From an uncultured Actinomycetota bacterium (GTDB taxonomy: Bacteria > Actinomycetota > Actinomycetes > Propionibacteriales > Nocardioidaceae): 64,000 nt of DNA. Positions 41,554-51,561 of the stretch are shown here, one piece after another. The notes below the pieces were generated by a model. It was not told the DNA's origin. It saw only the letters and a list, made by a program, of their open reading frames with translations, and did not search any database. The stretch is taken from NCBI GenBank assembly GCA_963804845.1, contig CAWDSA010000002.1, forward strand, positions 318,533 through 382,532, written 5' to 3'. Made by a program: the position numbers and the translations under genes. Within the stretch, counting starts at the first letter, position 1; every line of letters begins with the position of its first letter.

Positions 41554-43039
41554 CCGTGTGAGCGACCTCCGCGGAGTGCTCGCCGACCTCCAGGACCTCG
41601 ACTTCTGGCCGCCGTGGGACGCCGCCCAGACCCTGGTCGACCTCGTCGCCCGCGCCGTCCAGATCGCGACCGAGCCCCCGGACCCCGATCCGGAGAACGT
41701 CCGCGACGCCGCCGCGGCCTGGCGGATGATCGGCTCGGACGCCGACGCGGCGGTCGGCGACCTGGAGCGGGTGCCCGAGGCCATCACCGCGGCGGTCTGG
41801 GACGGGGAGACCGGCAACGCCCTGCGGACGTCCGTCGGTCGGCTCTCCCGACGTTCCGACACCGTCGGCCCGGCCGCCCGCGGCGTCGAGCAGGCGCTGA
41901 CCACCCTCGCCGACGCGATGGCGGACGCCCGCACCCGCCACCAGCAGGCCGACGACCAGCTCCGCGACAACCTCGAGCTGAGCTGGGGCGACCTCTGGCC
42001 GTGGGAGCTCGTCGACTGGCTGAAGGGCGTCGCCGAGGGCGTGATCCACGCGGTGGAGGAGGCGATCGGCGCCTACTCCGACGCGTCCACCGCGGTCCGG
42101 ACCGCCGAGCGCGACATCGTCGCGGCGATGGACGAGATCGACCTGCCCGACCACCTCCCCGACTCCCCCGGAGTCAGCGCGGTCGCGGTCGTCAACGGGT
42201 GGGACGACGACCGCGGCCCGCTCGCGGGCGGTGCGCTGGAGCGCTACGACGGCGCCTACGACAACCTCTCGCCCGCCCAGCAGCAGGCGGTCCGTGACGC
42301 GCTGGCCGCTGCCGGCAGCGACGCCGAACGCGCCTGGATCATGGCCGGGGTCGCCTCCGGCCTGGGCGGCGCCGCACTCACCCGCTACATGGATCAGCTC
42401 GGCACGCTCACCCCGGCCCAGCTCCGTGACCTCGACCCCACGCGCTCGGCCGACGGCCTCACCCAGCCCGACCAGACGACCTGCGGCTCGTCCACGCTGG
42501 TGATGTCGCGGATGCACAACGACCCGGCCTACGCGATGTGGGTCCTCACCGGCTACAACCCGGAGACCGGGGAGACCGCGCCTCCGGGCCAGACGGTCGA
42601 GGACCGGTTCAAGGCCGAGTCGCTCGAGATGCACGACCGCACCAACTCCCCGACCGACCGCGACGGCGACCTCCAGTTCCCGTGGCCCGAGGCGATCGGC
42701 ACCCAGCCGTGGGCGCTGGCCAACGAGATGTCGGCCGAGGGCGGCTCGGGCGCACCGGGCACGGAGTACGACGTCCGGGTGACCGACCCCGACGACCGAG
42801 GCCGCAACTACGACGAGATCGCCGCCGCCAGCGAGGACGGGCACACCGTGCCGCTCTACATCGGCGACACCACCCACCCCGGCCACGTCGTGCTCGTCAC
42901 CGCCAGCGACAACGGCACCCTCACCATCTACGAGCCGGCCAACGGGGAGACTGTCACCGTGACTCGCGACGACTTCGTGAACGGCGACCTCGGGGTCGCC
43001 GGCTGGGACGAGCCATGGTTCGCGGTCACGCCACGGTGA
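41537..43039 (+). CDS. WXG-motif helical N-terminal domain fused to a papain-like cysteine-peptidase-like C-terminal domain (candidate secreted toxin/effector)
   Basis: The N-terminal 230 aa are helical and carry AITAAVWDGETGNAL (WxG). The C-terminal LTQPDQTTCGSSTLVM (Gln-x5-Cys) and HPGHVVLVTASDNGTLTIYEPANGE (His, then Asn/Glu) fit a papain-fold triad. ATG 41537 preferred over GTG 41528. Confidence 0.6.
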   Translation: MGWLDDRVSDLRGVLADLQDLDFWPPWDAAQTLVDLVARAVQIATEPPDPDPENVRDAAAAWRMIGSDADAAVGDLERVPEAITAAVWDGETGNALRTSVGRLSRRSDTVGPAARGVEQALTTLADAMADARTRHQQADDQLRDNLELSWGDLWPWELVDWLKGVAEGVIHAVEEAIGAYSDASTAVRTAERDIVAAMDEIDLPDHLPDSPGVSAVAVVNGWDDDRGPLAGGALERYDGAYDNLSPAQQQAVRDALAAAGSDAERAWIMAGVASGLGGAALTRYMDQLGTLTPAQLRDLDPTRSADGLTQPDQTTCGSSTLVMSRMHNDPAYAMWVLTGYNPETGETAPPGQTVEDRFKAESLEMHDRTNSPTDRDGDLQFPWPEAIGTQPWALANEMSAEGGSGAPGTEYDVRVTDPDDRGRNYDEIAAASEDGHTVPLYIGDTTHPGHVVLVTASDNGTLTIYEPANGETVTVTRDDFVNGDLGVAGWDEPWFAVTPR

Positions 43040-44082
43040 GAACGGCTCTGATCGCGGCGGGGCTGCTGCTGCTCGCGGGCTGCAGCCAGGACCCGGCCGG
43101 GCTGCCCACCTCCGTCGACTACGAGCGGGCCGAGCGGGTGTGGTCAGACCCGTGGCTCGCCCCCGGCACGGCCTCGGTGCCGGAAGCCGGCTGGGGCTCG
43201 CCCGACGGCTACGTACGCCGGGATGCCGGCACCCGCACCACCCGCTACACCGCAGGCAGCCCGCAACAGGCACTGCAACGTGAGATCGCGTCGGCCCAGG
43301 ACGCCGGCTGGATCCTCACCGGCCTGGTCTGTGACGGCCTCACGGCCTCGCTGGCCCGGGGCACCGGCCTCGACGACGGCGCGATCGCCGTGCTGGAGGT
43401 CGCCGCCGCCGGCCGCGGGGCCGAGGTCGTGGTGACCGGCTACGTGCCCCACCACCTCGACGGGTCGTGGCCCGCCCCGTCCACGGACCCCGCGTTCGAC
43501 GGCTCCTGCCGCAACGCGGCCGGTCAGCGTCCCCTCGCCGACGACGTGTCGCTGGGCGAGCCGTTCGACGGCGGCGAGGAGCCGGCGGAACCCGACACCA
43601 CGACCTGGCAGCGGGAGTCGCCCAGCGACGAGGAGCAAGCGCTGCTCGACGCTGTCAACGCCGACCCCTGGGTCGCGGGGCTCGGACTCGTCCTCGACTC
43701 AGAGCTCGCCGCCGACGACACCTTGCGCCGGGCCCCGACGGCCGACGCCACGGCCACCGACGCGCTGCTGGCGGACGTGGTGGCCGACATGGCCGGGTGG
43801 GAGCTGACCTGGATGTCGTGCGGCCGCGGCCGGGCCACCGAGGCCACCGCCCGCCTCGTGACCGACGACGGCGTCGCCGTGGCGCGGCTGACCGGCCTCC
43901 CGGACCGCACCGACGTGACGGTGACCCTGCCGCTGCCGGAGGCGCCCCCGCCTGACTGGATCGCCGACGTACCCGCGCTGAACTCCCCCGCCTGCCTGAC
44001 GAGCACTCCGCGCCATCGGCGCATCGTCATCCAGGGCACCCCGGTGACCACCGTCGCCGAGTCGCAGCCGGTCGCCGGCTGA
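43036..44082 (+). CDS. lipoprotein (candidate cognate immunity or partner)
   Basis: GTG 43036 overlaps the upstream TGA (GTGA). VRTALIAAGLLLLAGCSQDP is a lipobox. 348 aa with no recognised domain. Confidence 0.6.
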   Translation: MRTALIAAGLLLLAGCSQDPAGLPTSVDYERAERVWSDPWLAPGTASVPEAGWGSPDGYVRRDAGTRTTRYTAGSPQQALQREIASAQDAGWILTGLVCDGLTASLARGTGLDDGAIAVLEVAAAGRGAEVVVTGYVPHHLDGSWPAPSTDPAFDGSCRNAAGQRPLADDVSLGEPFDGGEEPAEPDTTTWQRESPSDEEQALLDAVNADPWVAGLGLVLDSELAADDTLRRAPTADATATDALLADVVADMAGWELTWMSCGRGRATEATARLVTDDGVAVARLTGLPDRTDVTVTLPLPEAPPPDWIADVPALNSPACLTSTPRHRRIVIQGTPVTTVAESQPVAG

Positions 44083-44119
44083 CCTTGCCGCGTCGTACCG
44101 TGACAGCGATACTGTCACG

Positions 44120-45013
44120 ATGCTGTTGAGCAGGAACCGCCTGCCCCGCGACCACTGGCAGCGCCGGATCGAGCAGCTCGACCCCGTCGCGGATCACGCG
44201 CAGATCTACGGCATCACGGCCCGGCACGAGTTCCCGTGGGACATGAGCCAGGCGCTGTCCTTCGCCCTGTTCCGCACCTACGCCGTGCCCAGCATCGGCG
44301 TGCTGCTGCACGACACCGGCGAGTTCACCGGGCGCACCCAGAAGCGGTACGACGACACCGCGCTCATCCTCGACCACATCGGCGAGCACGGCCTGGCCTC
44401 CGACGAGGGCCGGGCCGCCTTGCGGCGGATGAACCAGATGCACGCGATGTACGACATCAGCAACGACGACCTCCGCTACGTGCTCTCCACGTTCGTGGTC
44501 GTGCCGATCCGGTGGCTCGACGACTTCGGCTGGCGGCCGATGAGCGAGACCGAGAAGGTCGCCTCGGCCCACTACTACCGCGAGCTCGGGCGCCACATGG
44601 GCATCAAGGGCATCCCGGAGACGTGGCAGGAGTTCGCGACAGTGATGGACGCCTACGAGGCCGAGCGCTTCGCGTTCGACCCCCGCTCCCGCGAGGTGGC
44701 CGATGCCACGCTCGCGCTGATGGCGACGTTCCCACCGAACCACCACGCGCCCGCCCGGGCGGTCATCCGGTTCTCCCGGGCGTACATGGACGAGCCGCTG
44801 CTCGACGCGTTCCACTACCGCCGCCCGACCCGCGTCGAGCGTCGGCTGGCCCGCGCCGCCCTCGGCGCCCGCAACGCCTGGCTGCGCCGCCAGCCGCCGC
44901 GGCTGAGCCCCCAGCACGCGCGCGACGTCGGCAACATCCGCGGCTACCCGGACGGCTACGACGTGGCCACGCTCGGCACGTTCAGTCCCACGACCTGCCC
45001 TCGGGACCTCTGA
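44120..45013 (+). CDS. MpaB/DUF2236-family oxygenase
   Basis: 297 aa: ...FPWDMSQALSFALFRTYAVPSIGVLL...RMNQMHAMYDISNDDLRYVLSTF... Confidence 0.75.
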   Translation: MLLSRNRLPRDHWQRRIEQLDPVADHAQIYGITARHEFPWDMSQALSFALFRTYAVPSIGVLLHDTGEFTGRTQKRYDDTALILDHIGEHGLASDEGRAALRRMNQMHAMYDISNDDLRYVLSTFVVVPIRWLDDFGWRPMSETEKVASAHYYRELGRHMGIKGIPETWQEFATVMDAYEAERFAFDPRSREVADATLALMATFPPNHHAPARAVIRFSRAYMDEPLLDAFHYRRPTRVERRLARAALGARNAWLRRQPPRLSPQHARDVGNIRGYPDGYDVATLGTFSPTTCPRDL

Positions 45014-45027
45014 GGCACAATCTCCGG

Positions 45028-45645
45028 GTGCCCCCGACCACCGCGCGCGTGATCGTGCTGGCCGGCCCCTCCGGTGCCGGCAAGTCACAGCTTGCCGAAC
45101 GGCTCGGGCTGCCGGTGCTCCGCCTGGACGACTTCTACAAGTCCGGGTCCGATCCGACACTGCCCCTCATCGACTCGGGGGCGAACACCGGCATCACCGA
45201 CTGGGACCACCCCGACTCCTGGCTGCCCGACGACGCGATGGTCGCCCTGAGGCAGCTCTGTGCGGTGGGCAAGGCGACGGTGCCGGTCTACGACATCGCC
45301 CACGACGGTCGCTGCGGTGAGCAGGAGCTCGACCTGGCCGGCCGCGGCCACTTCATCGCCGAGGGGATCTTCGCGCAGGAGATCGTCCCCGACTGCGCGC
45401 GCGAAGGGCTGCTGGAGGCGGCGTACTGCGTCACCCAGCACCCCATGATCACCTTCTGGCGGCGGCTGACCCGCGACCTGCGCGAGCACCGCAAGCCGCC
45501 GCGGGTCCTGCTGCGGCGCGGCTGGGCACTGATGCGGGCGCAGCGCGAGGTGGTCCGCCACGCCGTCGCGCTCGGCTGCCGGCGGGTCTCCCCCGACGAG
45601 GCGTACGCCGCGATCCGCTCGCTGGAGCCCGCCGCGCATGGCTGA
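45028..45645 (+). CDS. uridine-kinase-like P-loop NTP-binding protein
   Basis: VIVLAGPSGAGKSQLAERLG is a Walker A motif. GTG 45028 within track ORF 44236..45645. Confidence 0.7.
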   Translation: MPPTTARVIVLAGPSGAGKSQLAERLGLPVLRLDDFYKSGSDPTLPLIDSGANTGITDWDHPDSWLPDDAMVALRQLCAVGKATVPVYDIAHDGRCGEQELDLAGRGHFIAEGIFAQEIVPDCAREGLLEAAYCVTQHPMITFWRRLTRDLREHRKPPRVLLRRGWALMRAQREVVRHAVALGCRRVSPDEAYAAIRSLEPAAHG

Positions 45646-47050
45646 GGCCGCGACCACGCCGGGCTGGTGGAACGACCGGCTCGAGAAGCTCCTCTACGCC
45701 GTGGGCATCGCGCTCGGCGGCGTGCTGGCGGTGCTGACCGCGCTCAACCAGCCCTACAACCAGAACGAGTGGGCGCAGATCCAGCCCTACGACTCGTGGG
45801 ACCCTGCCGTCGTCACCGGCGGCACCCGGCAGCCGCCGCTCGATCCGCTGCTCGGCGCCCTCGTGCAGCACCTCACCGGCGTGGGCCAGCTCCAGCAGCG
45901 GATCGTGCCGATCGTCTGCGGGACCTGTCGCTGGTGCTGATGGCGTTGCTGCTGCGCCGGCTCCGGCTCGGCCACCACGGCGTGCTGGCCGTCTGGGTGA
46001 TGGCAACGGCTCCGTTGTTCCTCCGCTACAGCGCGTATGTCCGCCCCTACGCCCTGCCGCTGACGCTCATGCTCCTGTGTGCGCTACGCCGGGAGCCGGT
46101 GGCTCGACGACGGACAGCGGCGCTGGCTCGGCGTCGGCTGTCGTCGGGGCCTTGCTGGTTCCGCTATCTCGCGTGCCTGAGCCGGTCGTGTTCCTCGGCT
46201 CATCGGCTGCGCATCCTGCTGATCGCCGGATGGCGAGGGTGGCTCACCCGCGGACCGCGCCTGGTGGCTCGGCGGCGGCTTCCTCGCGGCGCTGGCCTCG
46301 GTCGGCGCACTGACCGACCTCGATCTCGGCAGACCAGACCGCTGCGAGCGACCGGAGTCGCTGATCGACCTGGAACGCCGGCCGCGCCCTCGACCGGATC
46401 CCGACCGGGCTGCGTGACCTGCGCGACTTCGTCGCTGCCGCTGTACGCCGAGTGGTTCCCGTGGTGGCCGATCACGACTGGTCGTCGTGGTGCTCGCGCA
46501 TCGCGCTCCGGCCTCGCGGCGCCTGCTCACCGGGCTGACGACCCGTGGTGGTGGGTGCCGCTCGTCGCTGGGACCGCTGGCGTTCCTCGTGGCCTATCAC
46601 ACGGTGAACCCGTTCCCGCTCGACGTGCGCCACTACCGGAGCCGGTTCGCCTACTTCTGGATCCCTGCGCTGGTGGTGATGGTGGCCGTCGGCCGACGGA
46701 GCTGAGTCGAGCCCGGTCCCGGCTGCGCACAAGGCGGCGCGTGGGCGGGCCCCGCCCTGGTGGGCGTGCTGCTGGCGAGTCAGCTGCCCGACGACGTACG
46801 CCATGGTGACCGAGAACGACACGATCGACGTCCGTCAGGGGCGCGGCGCATCGCCGAGACCGGGTGCCCGCCGACGCGTGGTGCTCTACGACGGCCCTTC
46901 GCGCCGGTGGGCACTGGCGGCAGCCGTTCTTCGGCAGGCCGCGCTGGTTCGCCGAGGACGACCACGCCCGGATCGTCGGCAACACCAGCCAAGATCGCCG
47001 CCGGACGCGCCGACGTCGGCGAGTTCACCGGCCCGATCTACCTGTCGTGA
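45638..47050 (+). pseudogene. polytopic membrane protein (GT39/ArnT-like glycosyltransferase fold suspected), multiple frameshifts
   Basis: TM-rich pieces lie in different frames: 45638..45940 (LLYAVGIALGGVLAVLTALNQPYNQNEW...), 45667.. (SLVLMALLLRRLRLGHHGVLAVWVMATAPLFLRYSAYVRPYALPLTLMLLCAL), 46077.., and 46487..46705 (LAFLVAYHTVNPFPLDVRHYRSRFAYFWIPALVVMVAV). Family and 3' end are uncertain. Confidence 0.45.
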
Positions 47051-47293
47051 TGGACGTGCGTGCGTCTCGACTCGGTCGCCTGCGACTCGCGCGATCAGCG
47101 GGTCGGTCAGGTCGCCGGCTTGGAGGAGGTCGAGCAGTTCGACCGCTTCACGCTCTACGCGCCCACCGAGGGCCAGTCCGGCCGTGCCGGCGCGATCGAG
47201 GCGCTGGAGGCGCTGGCCCTTGCCTACGGCCCTGGCTACGCGCAGGTCAACGAGGCGGCCGCCGAGCGGCTCCGGGCGTCCGCCGGCTGATGG

Positions 47294-48376
47294 TCACTCG
47301 CTCAGCAGCGCGGCGTACCCCGGCTTCACCACGTCGTCGATGATCGCGAGCCGCTCGTCGAACGGCAGGAACGCCGACTTCATGGCATTGATCGTGAACC
47401 AGCGCAGGTCGGCCAGCGAGTAGCCGAACGCCTCCACCAGCGACCACATCTCGGCGGTCATCGACGTCTGGCTCATCAGCCGGTTGTCGGTGTTGACGGT
47501 GACCCGGAACCGCAGCTGGGTGAGCAGCCCGATCGGGTGGTCGGCGATGGTGTCGGCGGCGCCGGTCTGGACGTTGGACGCGGGGCACATCTCGAGCGGG
47601 ATCCGCTTGTCCCGGACGTACGCCGCCAGCAGGCCCAGGGTCGGCGTGCCCGCCTCGTCGACGGTGATGTCGTCGATGATCCGGACCCCGTGGCCGAGCC
47701 GGTCGGCACCGCACCACTGGATGGCCTGCCAGATCGACGGCAGGCCGAAGGCCTCGCCGGCGTGGATCGTGAAGTGGGCGTTCTCGCGCTGGAGGTACTC
47801 GAACGCGTCGAGGTGGCGGGTCGGCGGGTAACCGGCCTCCGCGCCGGCGATGTCGAACCCGGCGACACCCCGGTCGCGCCACGCCACCGCGAGCTCGGCG
47901 ATCTCGTTGGAGCGGGCCTGGTGGCGCATCGCGGTCAACAGCTGCCGCACGACGATGCGGCCCCCGGCACCGGCGACCCCCTCGTCGAACCCGGCCTGCA
48001 CCGCGGCCACGACCTCGTCGAGCGACAGCCCGGACCCGACGTGCTGCTCCGGCGCGTAGCGCACCTCGGCATAGACGACGCCGTCCGCCGCGAGGTCCTC
48101 GACGCACTCTCGGGCGACCCGGGTCAGCGCGTTCTCGGTCTGCATCACGCCCACGGTGTGGTCGAACGTCTCGAGGTAGCGCACCAACGAGCCGGAGTCG
48201 GCCGACTCGGCGAACCAGCGTCCCAGCGCGTCCGCGTCGCCGGTGCCCTCGGGCAGCTCGTGGCCGCACTCGGCCGCCAGCTCGAGGACGGTCTGCGGGC
48301 GCAGCCCGCCGTCGAGGTGGTCGTGGAGGAGCACCTTGGGTGCGCGATGTACCTGGTCTCTCGTCGGGGTGGTCAC
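47294..48376 (-). CDS. add: adenosine deaminase
   Basis: 360 aa: [15 protein letters not shown]...YAEVRYAPE...FTIHAGE...RLGHGV...CPASNVQTG...[11 protein letters not shown]. Confidence 0.92.
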   Translation of the reverse strand: MTTPTRDQVHRAPKVLLHDHLDGGLRPQTVLELAAECGHELPEGTGDADALGRWFAESADSGSLVRYLETFDHTVGVMQTENALTRVARECVEDLAADGVVYAEVRYAPEQHVGSGLSLDEVVAAVQAGFDEGVAGAGGRIVVRQLLTAMRHQARSNEIAELAVAWRDRGVAGFDIAGAEAGYPPTRHLDAFEYLQRENAHFTIHAGEAFGLPSIWQAIQWCGADRLGHGVRIIDDITVDEAGTPTLGLLAAYVRDKRIPLEMCPASNVQTGAADTIADHPIGLLTQLRFRVTVNTDNRLMSQTSMTAEMWSLVEAFGYSLADLRWFTINAMKSAFLPFDERLAIIDDVVKPGYAALLSE

Positions 48377-48393
48377 CCTCCTATCCTTCCAGC

Positions 48394-48846
48394 ATGCGCA
48401 CCTTCACCAGCTTCGACGAGCTCAGCGAGGCCGTCGGCCAGGACCTCGGCACCAGCGACTGGCTCACGATCGAGCAGGACCGGGTCGACCAGTTCGCCGA
48501 GGCGACCGGGGACCACCAGTGGATCCACGTCGACGTCGAGCGTGCCGCCGAGGGCCCGTTCGGCGGCACCATCGCCCACGGCTACCTGACGCTGTCGCTG
48601 ATCCCCTTCCTCGGCGTCCAGGTCTTCACCCTCGACACCCCCGGCGCCAAGCTCAACTACGGCGTCAACAAGGTGCGCTTCCCGAGCCCGGTCCGCGTGG
48701 GCTCCCGGGTCCGCAACACGGTCTCGGTCAAGGAGGTCACCGACCTCCCCTCCGGCAAGCAGCTCGTGCTCGGCCACGTCATCGAGGTGGAGGGCCAGGA
48801 GAAGCCCGCCTGCGTCGCCGAGACCGTCGTCCTGCTCCTCCCGTAG
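48394..48846 (+). CDS. MaoC-family (R-hydratase-like hot-dog) dehydratase
   Basis: [10 protein letters not shown]...[39 protein letters not shown] 48394 within track ORF 48340..48846. Confidence 0.85.
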   Translation: MRTFTSFDELSEAVGQDLGTSDWLTIEQDRVDQFAEATGDHQWIHVDVERAAEGPFGGTIAHGYLTLSLIPFLGVQVFTLDTPGAKLNYGVNKVRFPSPVRVGSRVRNTVSVKEVTDLPSGKQLVLGHVIEVEGQEKPACVAETVVLLLP

Positions 48847-48854
48847 CCGACCCT

Positions 48855-49628
48855 CTACAGGGTGAGGGAGTAGCAGCGCTGCTCGCCGTACGGCGTGAAG
48901 CCGAGGCGTCTGAGGATGGGGGCCGAGGTGTCGTCGACCGCCTTGACGAGGGCGAAGCGGGCGGTGGTGCGGCGGGCGTCGCGGAGCCGCTGCGCGACGA
49001 GGGCGCGGTAGGCGCCGCGGCCGCGGTAGGCGGGCAGGACCGAGCCGTCCCAGAAGCGCAAGGCGTCGCCGTCGACGGTGCTGCCCGCGGCGGCGGCAGG
49101 TTCGCCGTCGACGTAGGCGACGTAGGCCCGGATCAGCCGCTCGTCCTCCGGCAGGCTCACCGACTCGATCATGTCGACGACCTGGGCCTCGGTCGGGGGT
49201 GACATGTCGAACACCTCCGCCTGGATCCGGCCGGTGAGCTCGATCCCGGCGCGGTCCTGCGTCGAGACCACGGTGACGTCGTCGGGGACAGGCAGGTCGG
49301 TGTCGACCGACAGGGCCAGCACCTCCAGCCGTTCGACGAGTCGCAGGCCGAGCGCCTGGAGCTGGGCCTCGGTGTCAGCGGGACGAGTGCGCTCGTTGAT
49401 CCACCACCGCAGCGTCGGCCTGCCGGCGGCGCGGGCGTGGTCGACGATCTCGGGCAGGATCTCCGCGAGCGGCCGGTCGGTGGCCGACCACTGCACGCTG
49501 GAGTAGTCGGTGTAGTGGGTGAGCCGGTAGTCGTCGGTGGTCACCTCGGTCGCGTCGACCGGCACCCAGATCCAGCGCGCAGCGGCGGCCCGGACCGCCA
49601 CCGGATCCAGATCGGTGTCGGGCGCCAT
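48855..49628 (-). CDS. GNAT-family N-acetyltransferase
   Basis: The C-terminal ...VLPAYRGRGAYRALVAQRLRDA... is an acetyl-CoA-binding motif. ATG 49628 lies 2 nt downstream of the deoA stop. Confidence 0.7.
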   Translation of the reverse strand: MAPDTDLDPVAVRAAAARWIWVPVDATEVTTDDYRLTHYTDYSSVQWSATDRPLAEILPEIVDHARAAGRPTLRWWINERTRPADTEAQLQALGLRLVERLEVLALSVDTDLPVPDDVTVVSTQDRAGIELTGRIQAEVFDMSPPTEAQVVDMIESVSLPEDERLIRAYVAYVDGEPAAAAGSTVDGDALRFWDGSVLPAYRGRGAYRALVAQRLRDARRTTARFALVKAVDDTSAPILRRLGFTPYGEQRCYSLTL

Positions 49629-49629
49629 G

Positions 49630-50919
49630 TCAGGGCGCGACACGGTCGAGCAGCAGCGGCGTCGCCTCGAACGACGACGCGTCGCCGATGGTGAACCCGC
49701 CCTCGAGGGAGGCCAACGCCCGGTCGAAGCGGGCCTCGTCGTCGGTGAGCAGCGTGAACAGCGGCGCACCCTCGGTGACCTCGTCACCGGGCCGCGCGTG
49801 CCAGACGACGCCGGCTCCGGCCTGCACCGGGTCCTCCTTGCGCGCACGTCCAGCCCCCAACCGCCACGCGGCGAGCCCGACGGCCATCGCGTCGAGCCGG
49901 GTGAGGACGCCGGACGCGGGCGCGACGACGTCGTGGGAGTGACGGGCAGTGGGCAGCTCGGCGTCGGGGTCGCCGCCCTGCGCGCTGATCATCTGCTTCC
50001 ACGAGTCCATCGCCTGGCCGGAGGCGAGCACGGACGCCGGGTCGACGTCGTCTCGGCCGGCGCCCGCGAGCATCTCGCGGGCCAGCGCGACGGTCAGCTC
50101 GACCACGTCGGCCGGTCCGCCACCGGCGAGCACCTCGACCGACTCGGCGACCTCGATCGCGTTGCCGGCGGTGTTGCCGAGCGGCGTACCCATGTCGGTG
50201 AGCAGGGCGACGGTGTGGACACCGGCGTCGGTGCCGAGCGCGACCATGGTCTGGGCGAGCTCGCGAGCCTGGTCGAGATCCTTCATGAAGGCACCGGTGC
50301 CGACCTTGACGTCGAGCACCAGCGCCCCGGTCCCCTCCGCGATCTTCTTCGACATGATCGACGAGGCGATCAGCGGGATCGCCTCGACCGTGCCGGTGAC
50401 GTCGCGCAGCGCGTAGAGCTTCTTGTCGGCAGGCGCCAGACCGTCGCCGGCCGCACACACGACCGCGCCGACCGACTCGAGCTGGGCGAACATCTCCTCG
50501 TTGGAGAGCGCCGCGCGCCAGCCGGGGATCGACTCGAGCTTGTCGAGCGTGCCGCCGGTGTGGCCGAGGCCCCGGCCGGACAGCTGCGGGACGGCAACGC
50601 CGCAGGCGGCGACCAACGGAGCCAGCGGCAGCGTGATCTTGTCGCCCACCCCGCCGGTGGAGTGCTTGTCGGCGGTCGGCCGCGACAGCGCGGCGAAGTC
50701 CATCCGCTCCCCCGACGCGATCATGGCGCCGGTCCAGCGGGAGATCTCGCGCCGGTTCATGCCGTTCAGGAGGATCGCCATCGCGAGCGACGCCATCTGC
50801 TCGTCGGCCACCGCGCCACGCGTGTAGGCGTCGATCACCCAGTCGATCTGGCTGTCGGACAGCTCGGCGCCGTCCCGCTTGGCGATGATCACCTCGACGG
50901 CGTCGTGCGCCCCGCTCAT
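49630..50919 (-). CDS. deoA: thymidine phosphorylase
   Basis: 429 aa: DKHSTGGVGDKITLPLAPLVAACG...GRGLGHTGGTLDKLESIPGW...PADKKLYALRDVTGTVEAIPLIASSIMSKKIAEG. Confidence 0.93.
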   Translation of the reverse strand: MSGAHDAVEVIIAKRDGAELSDSQIDWVIDAYTRGAVADEQMASLAMAILLNGMNRREISRWTGAMIASGERMDFAALSRPTADKHSTGGVGDKITLPLAPLVAACGVAVPQLSGRGLGHTGGTLDKLESIPGWRAALSNEEMFAQLESVGAVVCAAGDGLAPADKKLYALRDVTGTVEAIPLIASSIMSKKIAEGTGALVLDVKVGTGAFMKDLDQARELAQTMVALGTDAGVHTVALLTDMGTPLGNTAGNAIEVAESVEVLAGGGPADVVELTVALAREMLAGAGRDDVDPASVLASGQAMDSWKQMISAQGGDPDAELPTARHSHDVVAPASGVLTRLDAMAVGLAAWRLGAGRARKEDPVQAGAGVVWHARPGDEVTEGAPLFTLLTDDEARFDRALASLEGGFTIGDASSFEATPLLLDRVAP

Positions 50920-51370
50920 TTCGGGGTCCCGTTCGAAGCAGCGAGCGAAGTTCTTCGAATGGGGTGAATCCGACGGCCTCGAGGTCGTCGGGACCGAACG
51001 CGTCGGGCAGCACCTCGGCCATCGACCTGACCCCTGACGCCGTCATCAGCTGCAGGTCTGCCCCGCCGTGCTCCCAGAGCAGCTGCCGGCACCGGCCGCA
51101 CGGCATGATCACGTCGCCGGCGCCGTTCACGCACACGAAGTGGGTCAACCGGCCACCGCCGGTGGCGTGCAGCGACGACACCAGTCCGCACTCGGCGCAC
51201 AGCACGACGCCGTACGCCGCGTTCTCGACGTTGCAACCGACGAGCAGGCGTCCGTCGTCGGCCAGCGCGGCCGCACCGACAGGGAAGTTGCTGTACGGCG
51301 CGTAGGCACGTGCCGCCACCTCCACAGCTGCCGCCCGTAGCGTGCTCCATTCGACCGTCGTTTCGGCCAC
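50916..51370 (-). CDS. cdd: cytidine deaminase, C-terminal frame problem at a C4 run
   Basis: GTG 51370 follows GAGGAGGA. The zinc motifs VLCAECGLVS...PCGRCRQLLWE are present. The reading frame has no stop and runs into deoA. Adding one C to the CCCC run (plus-strand GGGG 50923-50926) gives ...RTGPPK-TGA, overlapping the deoA ATG (AAATGA). Confidence 0.85.
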
Positions 51371-51561
51371 CGGGTCCTCCTCTCGACGGGGACAGCCTCG
51401 CCCACCGGTACAGGCAGGGGCAATCCGGGTCAGGCTTCCCAACGTCGCAAGTCGATAACCATCCGTTCTGGGGCATTGCTGTGGCTCGACCGGAGTCAGA
51501 TTTCGGCTACCCTGACGGCCGTTGCCCCCAGTCGAGCGGGGCGGAGACTTGGAGGGCAGTT

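Noticed and set aside
40315-43273. Long minus-strand ORFs 40315..41970 and 41177..43273
   Set aside because: They lie antisense to the ALDH-like gene and the WXG/papain-like gene. They have no motifs and a biased composition.
47060-47290. 76-aa ORF MRLDSVACDSRDQRVGQVAGLEEVEQFDRFTLYAPTEG...
   Set aside because: It has no SD or recognisable family, and it lies in the unresolved tail of the decayed membrane-protein region. It could be real but is not supportable.
51371-51561. 190-nt divergent intergenic region between cdd and the BMP lipoprotein gene, considered for a riboswitch or operator
   Set aside because: I could not recognise any known riboswitch core or clear inverted repeat. It is probably just divergent promoters.
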